Assembly: GCA_951406725.2 (NCBI GenBank)
Contig: OX597840.1
Coordinates: 19,220,001 to 19,284,000, forward strand
Length of the DNA: 64,000 bases
DNA from: Octopus vulgaris
Lineage: Eukaryota
Direction: 5' to 3'
In this document: one piece after another, positions 25,040 through 40,705 of the stretch
Numbering within the stretch: position 1 is the first letter of the stretch
How the letters are laid out: every line of letters begins with the position of its first letter
Made by a program: the position numbers and the translations under genes
Notes under the pieces: model-generated
What the model saw: only the letters and a program-made list of their open reading frames with translations
Databases searched by the model: none
What the model was told of the DNA's origin: nothing

Positions 25040-25270
25040 CTATGTTTGACTTTTGCTTTATATTTGTACAAGTTGGCTCCAAGTCTCACCCAGAGACCTC
25101 AAGAGACAACAGGTTGGAAGTTCATGTTGTTGTTATGCCTAGTGTGCCATATATTTGGTTTTGTACTTAGTGTTGTACTAGTGAATGTCTAAAAAAAACA
25201 TACGAAAATTATGTTTGTTTTAAAACTTGAGATTACATAGAAAGTATTTTGCGTAGGATATGAGCAGTTA
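25040..25270 (-). mobile_element. R4/Dong-like LINE 3' end within (TAA)n
   Basis: Minus strand TAHILRKILSM* plus 3'UTR, with (TAA)n on both sides. Confidence 0.85.
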
Positions 25271-25350
<80 letters not shown>

Positions 25351-25389
25351 CATCATTATTATTAGTAGTATTAGTATTAGTATTGTTAT

Positions 25390-25808
25390 CGGTGTTCAAT
25401 ATTTGGTAGTTTTAGGCAAATTTCTACAGCATTCCCTGCTACACCTCCATGTTTCTAGGGGATACACAGTATTGCGTGTTCTTTTTTGTTTCTAGGGAAG
25501 TTCAAACTTTTCCCGGTATTGTATTGAGTCAGTGTCTTTTGTTATTGGATCTGGTGCAGTCTTTTGTTGTATTAGCGTTTATATTATGTAGTGTGTGTGT
25601 AGTGCGTTGGGTGTACGGATTGCTGGTGGTTGTTTATTTTATTGAATATTTTCTATATAGAGTGTGTCTTGTGTTTGTGGATTGTTTCGTTTGGGTTGTG
25701 TTATTGAATTGATAGTATCTTGCCTCGGATGTAGGCTGTACCTTACAGAGATATTTTTTCGACAGTGTGTAGTGTTGAGGGTCCAGGTATAGCTTCTACA
25801 TTTTTGTT
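25390..25808 (-). mobile_element. R4/Dong-like LINE 3' end (different subfamily)
   Basis: Minus strand KNVEAIPGPSTLHTVEKISL*GTAYIRGKILSIQ* plus a long 3'UTR running into (TAA)n. Confidence 0.75.
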
Positions 25809-25857
25809 TACGATCATCATCATCATCACCATCATCATCATCACCATCATCATCATC

Positions 25858-25905
<48 letters not shown>

Positions 25906-25929
25906 GTCATCATCATTATCATTATTATT

Positions 25930-26293
25930 AAGGCGGCGAGCTGGGAGAAACGTTAGCACGCCGGATGAAATGCTCAGTGGTATTTCGTCTGCCGCTACGT
26001 TCCGCCGAGGTCGACTTTGCCTTTCATCCTTTCGGGGTCGATTAAATAAGTACCAGTTACTGGGGTCGATATAATCGACTTATTCCGTTTGTCTGTCCTT
26101 GTTTGTCCCTTCTGTGTTTAGCCCCTTGTGGGTAGTAAAGAAATAGGCATTTCATCTGTCCTTACGTTCTTAGTTCAAATTCCACCGAGGTCAACGTTGC
26201 CTTTCATCCTTTCGGAGTCGTTAAATTAAGTGCCAGTAAAACACTAGGGTCGATGCAATCGACTAGTCCCCTCTCCCCAAAGTTTTAGAAAGG

Positions 26294-26295
<2 letters not shown>
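25930..26295 (+). mobile_element. SINE family B dimer
   Basis: Head, body, ...GGGTAGTAAAGAAAT|AGGCATTTC, body, then a different tail (CCCCTCTCCCCAAA) and (ATT)n. Confidence 0.88.
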
Positions 26296-26359
<64 letters not shown>

Positions 26360-26961
26360 GTTGTTGTTGTTGCTGCCGTTGTTGTTTTTGTTGTTGTTGT
26401 TGTTAAAGCAGTGGAATGACCGAATCGTCAGCACGTCGAGTAAAGCACCTAATGGATTTTCTTCCAGGTCTTTACTTTCTGGGTTCAAGTCACGCTGAGG
26501 TTAACTTTGCCTTTCGTCGTTTATAGGTAGATAAAATGAAGTACCAGTCAAATACTGCGGTCGATGTAATTAACTAATACCTCACCACCCCACAGACCTG
26601 CTCGGCTTGTCCATAACACAGAAACAATATTTTAACGTATAGTGCTCGTTACCACAGTTTTTAACATACACACACAAGCACATATACATATATATATATA
26701 TAATTAGGGTTCAGCAAAAATTGCTTTACCACACAGCGAACTTTTAGAAATAGCAGCCAAAGAATTTAGCTATTTCCTCTACTTTAAGAAGAGTCTCCCA
26801 GATAATGTATACTCAAAAACATTACACGTAGGTATAGAGGGGAAAAAAATGAAAGTTCACTCGAAAGATTAATTACTTGTGAACGCATTTCTGGGATAGT
26901 TAGATATATATACAAGAATGCACTCACCCACACACGCACATACATACGCATATATTTAAAC

Positions 26962-27048
<87 letters not shown>

Positions 27049-27544
27049 AAGAGAGTCGGACAGACAGTTAGACGAATAGATAGATAACATGCTTTGTTTT
27101 TTTTTAATTTCCAACTGTAACAAATAGGCGAAGATAAATTAGCCATATGCGTTAGACAGACTAATTACATGTATTTAATTAATCATTATACTTCATCAAA
27201 ACTGCACGTATGTGATATGTTTATTTATCGAATATTTAAACATGGCCAGTTAATATTGTTGTTGCTTATGTTGCTGTTTCCCGTTCGTATATCTGGTTCC
27301 AGACAGGTGAATGTGATGAAAATATATTTAAAATGTTGCTGGAACATCGTTCTTCATATGTCAAAGGCTCTGTAATAATAATATCATTAGGTATGAAAAT
27401 TGTGGTGCTTTTAGTCGTATATTATATAACAAACAAACTGTATAGGTTTGACATGTAATAATAATTTACTCTGTATTGAACCACAAAATTCTATGCAAAA
27501 AAGGTACCTCATATATATATATACATATACAAACAATAACAAAA

Positions 27545-27590
<46 letters not shown>

Positions 27591-27785
27591 TTATTTTGTT
27601 ATTATTTGTTATTTTTTATCAGTGGAAGATTCAATAGGAGTGATTAAAGGACCGGGAGTTTTGCATATTATACTTATCAAACTGTTACCTTGATATTTGT
27701 TCTGCGCGAAAATTTTGGCCCGAGATCACTTTAGTAGCTTTTCGCCGACTAAAAACAGAAATCGCATAATTATGTGCATGCATAC

Positions 27786-27816
<31 letters not shown>

Positions 27817-27829
27817 ATTATATATATAT

Positions 27830-27882
<53 letters not shown>

Positions 27883-27987
27883 TATATATATACATGTATG
27901 TAGGCATGTATGTGTGTATATATATACTTAAATGTCGATCAATGAGGATCAGTGCTCAACACCGCATTGGTGCATAAAATTTCTTTA

Positions 27988-28090
27988 TTAAGGGTACCAT
28001 TGGTTTCATGTAAAAAAATATCTTAACAAATTTTCAAGCCGATCGCTAGGAGGAGCATTTCGTCTCCATTTCGGATGAAAACGTGCGTAT
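27988..28090 (+). mobile_element. Dispersed repeat beginning TTAA-RG, possibly a Kolobok-type DNA transposon end; copies at 57404-57515 and 57802-57912
   Basis: TTAA(G/A)G(G/C)TACCA(T/C)TGGTTTC(A/G)TGT...GTCTCCATTT.G in three places. Confidence 0.5.
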
Positions 28091-28992
28091 ATATGTGTAT
28101 ATATACATACATACATACATATATATATATAAATATATATATATATGTAAAGAGCGTTCGTAATAAATCTAATAATGACAAATATCTTTCGAATCGAAGA
28201 AAAGGAAACAGAAATATCTTTTTTAGATATTTCTTATAAATAAATAAAACATAAATTTCGATAATTATTCTTTGTGGAAATCGATTACTTTTGATCGACA
28301 ATTAATCCCCAAAGTATTTAATAACAAAAGTTGACAACCCCCACCCCGATTATTTCAAATGAGCGTCTTTAAAAAGTGTTGTGATGGCGGAAGGTAATGG
28401 CGCTGAAGCCATGCCTGACATCATTTGAAACTGTGCCTGGGCACTCACTTATATTCGCTCTCACTCTCTTTGTTTCAAATCCTTATAGGGGATTCGTGCT
28501 GCATTTGAATAAATATATGAAGGTTACGAGAGACGGAAATAGGGAAATCTTTGCGGTTCACCTCTCTCTCGTATTTGTGGTGAAAATATCCAACGGAGAA
28601 AGAAACAAAAACAAAATCAATTCCAGACTAATAATTACATTATTAATTATTTGCGGATTAAATTAAGCAGCTAGTTTGTTTTTATGTATATTTATTCTTT
28701 TTTAGTCTTTCATGTGACGGAATTTGAAGAAGACAGTACAAATACAAACCTGTCACGCGCCACAATATTCATCTAAAATAAAATGAAGTTCGTAAATCGA
28801 CTGGATTTTGCGCATTTGACTACAAATTTTACCAGGCGCTGGCATGGCTGTGTAGTTACGCTTGCTTTGCGACCACGTGATTTCCGGTCCGATTCCACTG
28901 TGCGGCAACTGCTTGGTCAAGTGTCTTCTACAATAGCTCCTTGTCTTGTGAGTGAATTTCGTAGAAGGAAACTGTTCTTGTCATGTATACTC

Positions 28993-29056
<64 letters not shown>

Positions 29057-29100
29057 GCATATATATATGTATGTATATAGTTATATATACGTATATATAC

Positions 29101-29247
<147 letters not shown>

Positions 29248-30305
29248 GTAAGTAGCCATGAGTCTTTGTATTTCTTCCCCTCCACTTCTTGACAGTGGAG
29301 TAAGACTAGACTTTTTAAGTCGGTGCCACAGCATGGCCGCAGTCGAATGACCGATATAAGTAAAACAAAAAATGAAAAGAAAAAGAAAGAAAATTTTTTT
29401 TGTCGATCAAGACTTTCACTAGTTTTCTCAGATTTCTTTTTTTTTCTTTATAATTTTATTTCCAACAAACAAACAATTATTTTTTTTTAAATATATAAAA
29501 TACTACATCAATAATTTATTTTAAAAGCTAACAGCTTGTTGTTAATTATTAATTATCGAAGTTTCCTTATTATGCAAACAACAATTATAAATACTCAATA
29601 TCGACATCAGTAAAGATCTGATTAAATTTTTTGGGTTGAATTTATTGATGGTAAATTGCGTTACATTTTGATTTTAATACTTAACCATAAACTAAAAGCA
29701 TTTAATGGTATTCTTGAAAAATAAAATGAAATGAAATACTGTAATTTTCGACATACATGTCGATCTAGTATATAGATGAAACATGTTGTAGAAACATTCA
29801 AACATTGTCACTATTTGTTCCAAATCCTGCTATATTTCACGCGGGGTCTTCGATCCTTCAAATTAGTCTTGGCGTATAAGCCGATTTACTTTCTTTTTTG
29901 GTTGTAAATTATGGTTTCAAAAATTCCGCTTGCCTGCCGGAAAACATGGTAATCGAACAGTAATGATTCAAAACCTCGAAATATTTCTTGTAGACGAACA
30001 GAGGTTTAATATTTCATTTTTCCTAAAACTCGCTGTTCGCAAAACGTAAAACATTTTAGAAAATTTTCGCACTGTATACGAAGATAAAGTGACTAAAATA
30101 TGTCTATTTTTTTAATCGCACGAGAAGTAAAACAATGTTATGCGTGATTCGAATAATCCTCCATTTTTGGATAGTCGTGATTTGTTATGAATACTATTAT
30201 ACCAGTAATATACTGAGGCCATTATAACCAACCATTGCTGCTCGCCCCAGATTTCTGGCGTTCTTGCCTTTGTAAAATTTATTGTTTTGTTGTTGTTGTT
30301 GTTGT

Positions 30306-30357
<52 letters not shown>

Positions 30358-30530
30358 TCATATGCCCTGATGGGGTGCCAGGCAGTGGCTCCCATTGCTT
30401 CTGATCTTAACTGATTGGAAGTATTATCATGTACGATTTATCTTTGTCTTTCATCCTTTCTGTGACAATAAAACAGGTTACAGTTAAGTACAAGGAGTGA
30501 TGTAATAGACGTCCAAATTAAAAGTGGTCG

Positions 30531-30588
<58 letters not shown>

Positions 30589-32214
30589 CATTATTAATAA
30601 TAATAATGATAATAAAAATAATAATAATAATATTATTACTATCATTATTATTTTTCTATTGTTATTATTATTATTATTATTGTTATTATTAATATTATTG
30701 TTGTTGTTGTTACTAAGGTGGCGAGTTGGCAGAATCGTTAGCACGCCGAGCAAAATGCTTAGCGGCCTTTCGTCCGTCTTCACGTTCTGAGATCAAAATT
30801 TCGCCGAGGTCGATTTTGCCTTTCATCCTTCCAGGATCAATGAAATGAGTACCAGCTGAGTGCTGGGGGTCGATGTAAACGATATACCTCCTTCCCCGAA
30901 ATTGCTGGCCTTGTGCGAATATTTAAAATTTACTACTACTACTACTAATATTACTAGTGAGCTGACAGTGCCTGACAGCGAACATCTGACGCAATAGTTC
31001 TGGTCAGCTCTGGACAGGTGAAAAGTAAAAATGCCTTCAGCTGGATTTGAACTCAGAACGTAGAAGACTGTAACAAATACTGTGAGCTATTTTATCTGAC
31101 TCTTTACTGCTACGAAAATGATGATGATGAGGAGGAGGAGGATAAATATATTAAGCATTAGTTTTAGTAAAGTTATCAATCCTGCTAACTTATGACATAC
31201 AAATATTTACGCACGCACGCACACACACACACACACATAACACACACAAACACACACATATATGTATCGATAGAAACATATACGCATATATGTGCATATA
31301 CATAAATGCATAAATACGTATATATATATATTTTGCGTATAAAATATAATAACTATAAACGTATAAATATATATATATATATTGCATATTAATTAACTTT
31401 CGTAAAGTAATCGATCCTGCTATATTATCGTATATATACATATCTACATACCTAGGAACATACATACATACATACATACATACATACATACATACATACA
31501 TACATACATACACACACACATACATACATACATACATACATACATACATACATACATACATACATACATACATACATACATACATACATACATGTATATA
31601 TGTATGTATACACGAAAATTGTCTTTGTTATTGTTTTGAAAATTCTATATTAATAAACACAGTGTTGTAAATTCAACCTCACCACCCACACGAACACAAA
31701 CACATACATACACAAAAGTTAATTTTGAAAGCTTGTACCTGATTGATTATGTAAGAAACCTATGGTAGCAAGATTTAAATCAATGTATTTGATGTTTAGT
31801 ATTTGCAGCACAGTAGCAAATTTGTAAAAGCCGCAAATTTAAACTTTTGAAATGTTTATATATAAATATTATACACAATATAAATTCGGCTTCCTATGGT
31901 ACGAAGTATAATGTAATGTATTTGTTGCTCTGACTGTCCATAATGCCATAATCGAAGCGATGAAATAGAAAATTACAAGCTTTGCTATTAATATGACAAA
32001 CAGTCGTAAGAATTATAAATTTGCCACTGGTTGTACGGAAAACAACGTCTGGACATACAAGTTCTCGTTTCGTATTATTATATAAATATATTTTTCTACT
32101 ACCAATTAATACTATGTAACATCGTTAAGATGTAAACAAAGCAAAAACAAAGCAACATTAAACAACTCTTTTTTTTACTTTTCTTCCCGTAAGAAAACAC
32201 GAACCCTTCTAGGA

Positions 32215-32494
32215 CAACATTCTCCAGTCTCTTTCGCACCACGGACTGGTTCCATGTAAGACAATTTTTCCACGGGCTGAAGGTTCACATACATAACAAA
32301 ACATAATAAATTATTTAACATATTAATTATCACAAATGTAATTAATATATTATCCATTATGCATTTTATTTCGACTCTTATTATTAATAAGAGTCAGATT
32401 AGAATATGTATAATACAAACCAAAATGTTGATAATTATTATTTCTGTGCGGCCCGGTACCAAATGATCCAAAACCCGGCGGATGGGGACCCCTG
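32215..32494. mobile_element. hAT/Charlie-type MITE
   Basis: 8-bp TSD TTCTAGGA (32207-32214) / TTCTAGGG (32495-32502), right TIR GGGGACCCCTG, internal AAGACAATTTTTCCACGG as in MER1-like elements. Confidence 0.8.
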
Positions 32495-33072
32495 TTCTAG
32501 GGTATCGAATAATGTTCTGTTGTTATGTTGTTTTATTTTAAATTTCATTATCAAATAATTTCCAATGTTTAATTTCGCCTTTTTATTTCTTAAAACATCT
32601 GAAGTTAAAATCAAAAACACACAGCGGAATTATTTGTTAAAAGAAAAATAAAAAAGACACAAGACTTCTTTGAAAAAAGAAATGGTGTACTTGATTCTTT
32701 TTCATTTTCAAAGATCCACTTCATTACCCTCCATTTATTTGAAAAACAAGATATGCAATTGAATTTTTGTTTTTGTTTCTTTTCCACTTAAACTCCAACC
32801 CTTATCATTGTGTGTTCAGTTTCGTCAACGGATTTTTTTTATATAATTGTAAACGTCTTGATGTGAAGATACGTGGCGTAGTGATCAGTCTCTTGGCGTC
32901 ACGATTCTCACATGTCATGAGTTCAATTTCCGGATTGGGTGACTTATTGTGTTCCTAGGAAAGGCACCCCATTTCACCTCGCTCCAGTCCATTCACACGG
33001 AAATCGGTTGAATCGCATAAATGCAAGATATGAATGGTTATGATGAATAGAATACACTGGATGCATGGAAGT

Positions 33073-33106
<34 letters not shown>

Positions 33107-33138
33107 GCACACACACACATAAACACTGAGACTGAAAG

Positions 33139-33189
<51 letters not shown>

Positions 33190-33210
33190 CATATATATAA
33201 AGATGGATAG

Positions 33211-33268
<58 letters not shown>

Positions 33269-33610
33269 ATTGAAGTGTAGCTTTGTATAAAGCGATAGTC
33301 TATACAGAAAAGGTAGTGAGTTAGCTGAATCATTGGATCGCTGGATAAAATGCCTTATCGTTTTCATTCCAGATGTAAATTGCGGGTTCGAGTCCGCCAT
33401 CCATTACTCAACTTTGTTTTTATCTTTTCTTTGTCAATAAAGAAAATACTAATCGAGAATGGTAAGAAATTTGCTTTCCAACCATATGGTTCTGGTTTCA
33501 GTACCATTGTGTGGAAACCTGGGTAAATGTCTTCCATGGCCCCGGGCTGATCAAGAGCCTTGTGAGTAGATTTGGTAGACAGAAACTGAAAGAAGCCCGT
33601 TGTATATATA

Positions 33611-33710
<100 letters not shown>

Positions 33711-35546
33711 TTGATAGAGATGTGTTTTTGTTAGCCTCACCAGCACTTGACAACTGATACCGATTTGTTTGTGTCTCAAAAGAGACAGAATAAGTGCCAG
33801 GCTCAGAAAAAACTAAGTACTGACGTCTATTTGTTCGAATGAAACTCATCAAGTCTGTGCCGTAGCATGGCCGCAGTCTAATGCCTGAAATAAAAATAAG
33901 AAATAAAAGTATTGGGGTATATTATTCTCTCTTATCTCCCTCTCTTTCTTCTTCTCTCTCCCTCTTTTCCAACTAACCTCTCTCTCTCTGTCTTTCTCTT
34001 TTCGTCTCTGAAATATTCTAGTAATTCTAAAGACTCAAGTAGTCATACGGTTTCCCACCAATTCAGAAAAATTCCAGAACCTTTTTTACCCGTTAATTTC
34101 ACAAGTAGGAAACCATTTGGTAAAAAAGAACTGAATGAGTTAAGGGTAGGTACTAGTATCTATAATATACCCAACGGTACATGCCTTCCTTTCACGAATA
34201 GTAATACATTTAATCAAACAAACAGACAGATGTATTATCATCGACGATGCAGACGGAGAACCCCATTTTTGTCCATAGAAACTTACTTTATTTTTAACAT
34301 TTGCAAAACAACAACAAAAACAACAACAACAACAACAATATTATTCTTGTTGTTGTTGTTGTTGCTATTAGTATTGTTGTTGTTATTATTATAATTATTA
34401 TTGACCGTGAGTTTAAATGAAAATTATTGTTAATTAATGCAATTCCGAAGAACATTTTATTGATAAAAACACGAAGGAAGCAATTTCAGAAAAACTACAT
34501 CAAACTAAGATCGATAATTGGTCTGAAAACAGCAATAAAAACAATTAGACAGGACCGTATTTAAAGGATATTGGAAGCGGTCGCAACTGCAGTAATAGCA
34601 ACAGAAACGACAACAGCTATATGGGAAGAACTAGAGTAAAGGTTCTCAGTTAGCGCCCATTCAGAATACATGGCATAAAGGCAATTCAAAAACTGCGGTT
34701 ATATGTACTTATATATATACATTCATTTATAGTATCATGAAAACACACACACACACACACAAACAAACACACAAACAGACATATATATATATTTATATAC
34801 ATATATATGAACAATGCCTATATTCTGAACATCTACATGAGTGTGTGCGCGCATATATATATATATACATATATATATACATATATGATTTATACATATA
34901 TATGTATATATATACTTATATATATATATACATACAAATATGATTTATACATATTCATGTATATATATATATGCTTATATATGTATACTTATATATATAT
35001 ATATATATATATATACACTTATACATGTACGTATATATATAAGTATATATATATATATATATACTTATATATATACGTATATATATATATATAGGTATGT
35101 ATATACATAAAACACACACATACGCACATACACACACACAAACACACACACACACACACACACACATATGTACAAAGAGGTTATTTCTGGAACACTGTAT
35201 GTACGCAATATTTAAAAGTAATAACATAATTATACATCTATTGACTAAGGAACTAATCGATGTTCAAATATCTGTAAATTCTCGTATAAATAGTTAATGG
35301 AAAAGATATTTTGGAGAATACAATATGATTGAGTAATAATGTAGGTCCAGATTGCGTATATATTGAATAGGAAACAGATAAACGTGATATATATCTAATA
35401 TAGGTTCAATAGGATGCGAATAAATGTGGTGCTGATCAGAGAGACATAGGATGTAATGTGAAGAAAATCTATGTAACTTACATCGTATATTGACTCTCCG
35501 TCATTTTAGAGTTTACAACAGTCAATGTTCCTGTTCCACCTCTACT

Positions 35547-35779
<233 letters not shown>

Positions 35780-36676
35780 TGCATTATGTATGTATATATG
35801 TATGTATGTGTGTATGTATGTTCATACTGAAAAAGGACAGATAGAAAGAAAGATAGATAGAAAAAGAAATATATGTGTGTGTGTTTGTATCGAAATATAA
35901 TAAAAAAAAACAATTTAACATTAGACTAAAAATTGCTTGACATTACTGTAGAGTACATATTTGTTATATTTCTACAAGAAGGTTGACTCCGAAATTTTGT
36001 CCCTCAAATTTCCTTACACAAACACTAAATACACACATATATACATATATACACATACATATACATAAATGCATACATACATATATGTATGTATATATAT
36101 ATGAGTATATATATATGTGTATATATATATGTATATATATGTATGTATATAAATACATGTATATATGTATATATATATATATATATACATACATATATAT
36201 ATATATATATGTGTTATATACATATAAATACATATACCAACACATACAACTGAAAATATTTGTGTGTATGTGTATGTATATATACATACATACATACTTA
36301 TATACGTATACATATACATACATACATACATACATACATACATACATACATACAACCATACATACACGCATGTACATATATATGAAAGTAAGTGCACTGA
36401 AATATACATTCATGTGTGTGAGAGGATTTCATCATCTCTGTTGTATGTGCAATTAGACAGAGATGTAGATATGTGAGTCAAAGGCTGGTCACTCCGGAAT
36501 CATTTCGTGTTGTTTACGAACAGTTAAATTCTTTGATAACAGTAGGAACTCTCATAATGGAGTTGGTCCAACTGGATGTTACTGTGTATACGTATGTGTA
36601 TGTATATATTATATATATGTATCTATATATTATATATATATAAACATATGTAAATATAAAAACGCTCATGTATGAG

Positions 36677-36720
<44 letters not shown>

Positions 36721-37057
36721 AGCATAAATGTGTATATATGTACTTATATCGATATACATATATGTGTATATGTATATATATATATAGGACATTCCACGGA
36801 TGTCTATAAAATGAATATATATATATATATATAAATGTATATATTTATACAGATACATACATATGCTACATACAAACTATATGTACATCTGTATTTGTAC
36901 TAATATATTATATATAAAATATATGCATACTATATATATTTATGTATATATGTGTACACACACATATACATATATATGTATCTATAACTATTAACCAATA
37001 TCTATTATATGTATGTGTTTGATATGTATGTGTATATATAGAAGTGTGCGTGTTTAT

Positions 37058-37116
<59 letters not shown>

Positions 37117-38811
37117 CATACATCTATATATATATCACTAATATATCGCTACAGCAACTAGCGAAACTTATACCTGAAAGCGAATCGATGCAGAAAGATA
37201 TAGGTTTACAAGTGTTGCTCTGCCAAAAAGCCTTTCATTGGACCTTCTTCATTCTCCTTTCTCTGAATCGGTCAACAATCGCTTTGTAGCCAGTTCAGGG
37301 AACACGAACGTGAGAGCATACAATTGATTACTCAGTTACAATCGTCTCTATTTAGTTCGATCATTCGATTACCGAAATCAAATGAAACTCCTTAACGTGT
37401 CTATGGTGTCTCTATGCATTTGTGCGTCCATATATTCATCAATGCCTTTCTTGTCCTTTTTCTTTATTTTTTTTTATATTTCTTTTAACATATTCCACCA
37501 TTAAGCCCAATCCTTTATGTGACTGAATTCCAGCGCATTTGTTCCGCTCTCGTTTTATCTTGTTAACGTAGTTTTATGCAAATGCCAGCACGAGAGAGAA
37601 AAAATTAGCCCATACAGAACATACTCACATTCACACAAAAACACGTTATATTAACTAATACCAGTCTTCTTTATATTCAATATTAATTGCCTTCAATTCG
37701 TTTTATGCAACCGATCCTAACTCCTTTTATTTTAAAATGAACTATGGGTTTAAATTCGACTGTTATATTATTTGAAATATCATTTCCTGTCTCTGTTTTA
37801 GCGCTAAATTGAAAACGGCGGATAAAAAACAAGGGTTGTATTAAATTAAATTATATTTGTTTTTGTTTCGCTCTTAGAAATGTTTTTTCTTTCTACTTTT
37901 TTTTTCTTTTTGTTTGTTTGTTAAAATTTTACTTCTGTTAAATTAAAACTGATGGTTTAACATATTTTTTAACAATAAAATATATTGGAATTTTCCACAA
38001 TAAACGGTGTTTTTGTTGTCTTCTTCAACCGCTGAGGTTATAACTTAAATGGTATTTTATACGACTTTAAATGCTAGTTTCAGCCAGAAGAGAGTAATTG
38101 ACATATCTGTAGCTTCGTATAAAAAAATTACAGAACCTCATTAAAAGCAAAAGGTTGGCAAGTTTTTCTAAAGCAAACATTAATTTTAGGAAACATTATC
38201 CTTTTTATTATCTGTTAGGAAACAGAGATGGCAGAAACTTTGGAGCATCGGAAAAAAAACACGCTTTCACTTTACGGTATTTCTTTTGGCTCCTTACGTT
38301 CTGCGTTCAAACCACGCCAAGGTCAAATTTGCTTTATATTCTATCGAGATTGATAAAATAAAGCACGAGTCAAGTACTGGATCCAGTGCAATCGCTTAAC
38401 TTCCACTTGCTGAAATTCTAGCCTTGTGCCAAATTTTGAAAAGAATAATTATGATCGGGTGTCTGAAGGCGGCGAGTTGGCAGAATCGTCAGTCTCAGAA
38501 AATTCCAGCTGTTAGCATTCTGGTTCGAAATCCCGCCGATGTCAACTTTGATTTTGATACTTTTGCGGTTGGTAGAATAAACTACCAGTCATGAACTGGG
38601 GTCGATGCTATGGACTAAACTCCTTTCCCTCAAAGTTGCTGGCTGTGTACCCAAATTTGGACAAAATATATTTTGGCTGTAGATTAGCAAACTTGTTTGA
38701 ATGTCAGAAAAAGCCACTTTTTGGTTTAGTCACATTTCAGAAATGATTTTTTAAAATTAAAAGTTAGTAATATTGGCGTAGGAGTGGCTGTGTGGTAAGT
38801 AGCTCGCTTAC

Positions 38812-39194
38812 CTCTGTCGTGGAAAGACGTGTTCTTTTTTTGGTGATGAGTCAAACGTTTTGTTGCACGTGGATAATTTTTTTCTATTGGAATTAGATGG
38901 AAGCCTGTGGCGAGGAAGCTGGGAGTGTTTGGCACCAGGTAAGTGGAAGCCAAAAACAGGAAAGAAAAAGCTAGAGGTCTACCCTGGTGGTCGGATGTCT
39001 ATCCTTCAGAGAAGCCATTACAAATTTCATTTGTACTGAGCAACGCTTAAGTCAAAAGTTATAAACATATTTATTAAATTATTGTATTTTTAAATTGTAA
39101 ATATTTAATCGCTACAGCTACTTCACCCTTTTATGTTTGTTTGTCCTTGTTCGTCCCCTCTTTGTAATGCCTTCATGGCAAATATTTAGGAAAT
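38812..39194 (+). mobile_element. Short non-autonomous retroelement inserted in a SINE A head with a 16-bp target duplication
   Basis: TAAGTAGCTCGCTTAC at 38796-38811 and 39195-39210. SINE A head at 38775. The 3' end TGTTTGTCCTTGTTCGTCCCCTCT...GGAAAT resembles the SINE B tail. Confidence 0.75.
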
Positions 39195-39210
39195 TAAGTA
39201 GCTCGCTTAC

Positions 39211-39700
39211 TTCCTACTGCGCATGAGTTGTTTGTTGTCGGTGTGCGCATGAGTCGTTGTGTTGTGCGTATCACTGAAAGAGATAGCCGGCTAGCTGGTG
39301 AAGAAGTTGCCAGCTTTTGTTTTTTAGGTCCAGTGGGGGTTGTTGTTTGTGGTAATATTTTTACAAGCAAGGAGTCCTCTCTAGGACTCTGGACTCTGGC
39401 CTGCCTGCAGTTGGGATAAGACTGTTCACATTAAGAGAATATATTTTCTCATTGTGAGAAGTGTTGTTTGGTGGGCGTGTCTCGCGACCAAAATTTGTGA
39501 AAATTTTATAAAATTCGTGGAGTATTTTTCTGTGTTCCTGCTTCTGGACCTGGAGTACTTGATTGGAGTACCAAGTTGTGGAAAACCTGTCAGCCAGGAT
39601 TGCCGGAGGACGGTAGAGTATTTGCCGTGGATTGAACTGTCTTCCTTCGTTCTTTTTCTCTGCTCTGTCTTTCTGTCACTGGGAAGACCAAAGTATTATG
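39211..39700 (+). mobile_element. Second element at the same SINE A site (5' region of a putative site-specific LINE)
   Basis: Starts right after the second target copy. TTGAACTGTCTTCC..CGTTCTTTTT is shared with 51440-51480 (-) and partly 58140-58180. The SINE A core resumes at 39711. Confidence 0.6.
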
Positions 39701-39984
39701 CATTGTTTTAGAAGGAAACTGAAAGAAGCCCCTCGTATGTGTGTATATCAGTTCACGTGTGTATGTGTGTGTGTTGTGTGCATATTCATTGGATTGGACT
39801 GGATTGCCTGTGGCTGGTTCACTGTAGAATGAAGGCCTCAGCATGTTCTCTCTACCAACTATGGTCAGATGTGGAGGTCGTGAATTTGAGCTTGAGATCT
39901 TATTGGTTTTGATGATCCTACGCTGCTACACTGGCTTGACATGGATTGGCAGAGGAATGCAGTTTTTATACTCCCACCCAGGAG

Positions 39985-40664
39985 CAGTTAAATCGATTAT
40001 ACTAACCCCATTGCTCAACCAGTACTTATGTGATCAACTCCGAAATGATGAAAGGCAAAGTCAGCTACGGTTGAATTTTAATTGTGGACGTAAGGACGGA
40101 CGAAATACCTATTTCTTTACTACCCACAAGGGGCTAAACACAGAGAGGACAAACAAGGACAGAAAAACGGATTAAGTCGATTATATCGATCCCAGTGCGT
40201 AACTGGTACTTATTTAATCGACCCCGAAAAGATGAAAGGCAAAGTCAACCTCGACGGAATTTGAACTCAGAACGTAGCGGCAGACGAAATACCTATTTCT
40301 TTACTACTCACAAGGGGCTAAATACAGAGGGGACAAACAAGGACAGTTAAAAGGATTAAGTCGATTATATCGACCCCAGTGCGTAACTGGTACTTAATTT
40401 ATCGACCCCGAAAGGATGAAAGGCAAAGTCAACCTCGACGGAATTTGAACTCAGAACGTAGTGGCAGACGAAATACCTATTTCTTTACTACCCACAAGGG
40501 ACTAAATACAGAGGGCACAAACAAGGACAGTTAAAGGGATTAAGTCGATTATATCGACCCCAGTGTGTAACTGGTACTTAATTTGTCGACTCCGAAAGGA
40601 TGAAAGGCAAAGTCGGACGAAATACCGTTAAGTATTTCGGTCGGCGTGCTAACGACTCTGCCAG

Positions 40665-40665
<1 letters not shown>
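39985..40665 (-). mobile_element. Tandem tetramer of SINE family B (period 184 bp)
   Basis: AAATACCTATTTCTTTACTAC junctions at 40103, 40287 and 40471. Confidence 0.92.

Positions 40666-40705
<40 letters not shown>

Noticed and set aside
29748-29770. Helitron 3' end (hairpin plus CTAG)
   Set aside because: The hairpin is short, AT-looped and directly abuts CTAG; no second copy or 5' end was seen.
39985-40665. CRISPR-like array
   Set aside because: Whole units repeat with no unique spacers; eukaryotic SINE multimer.
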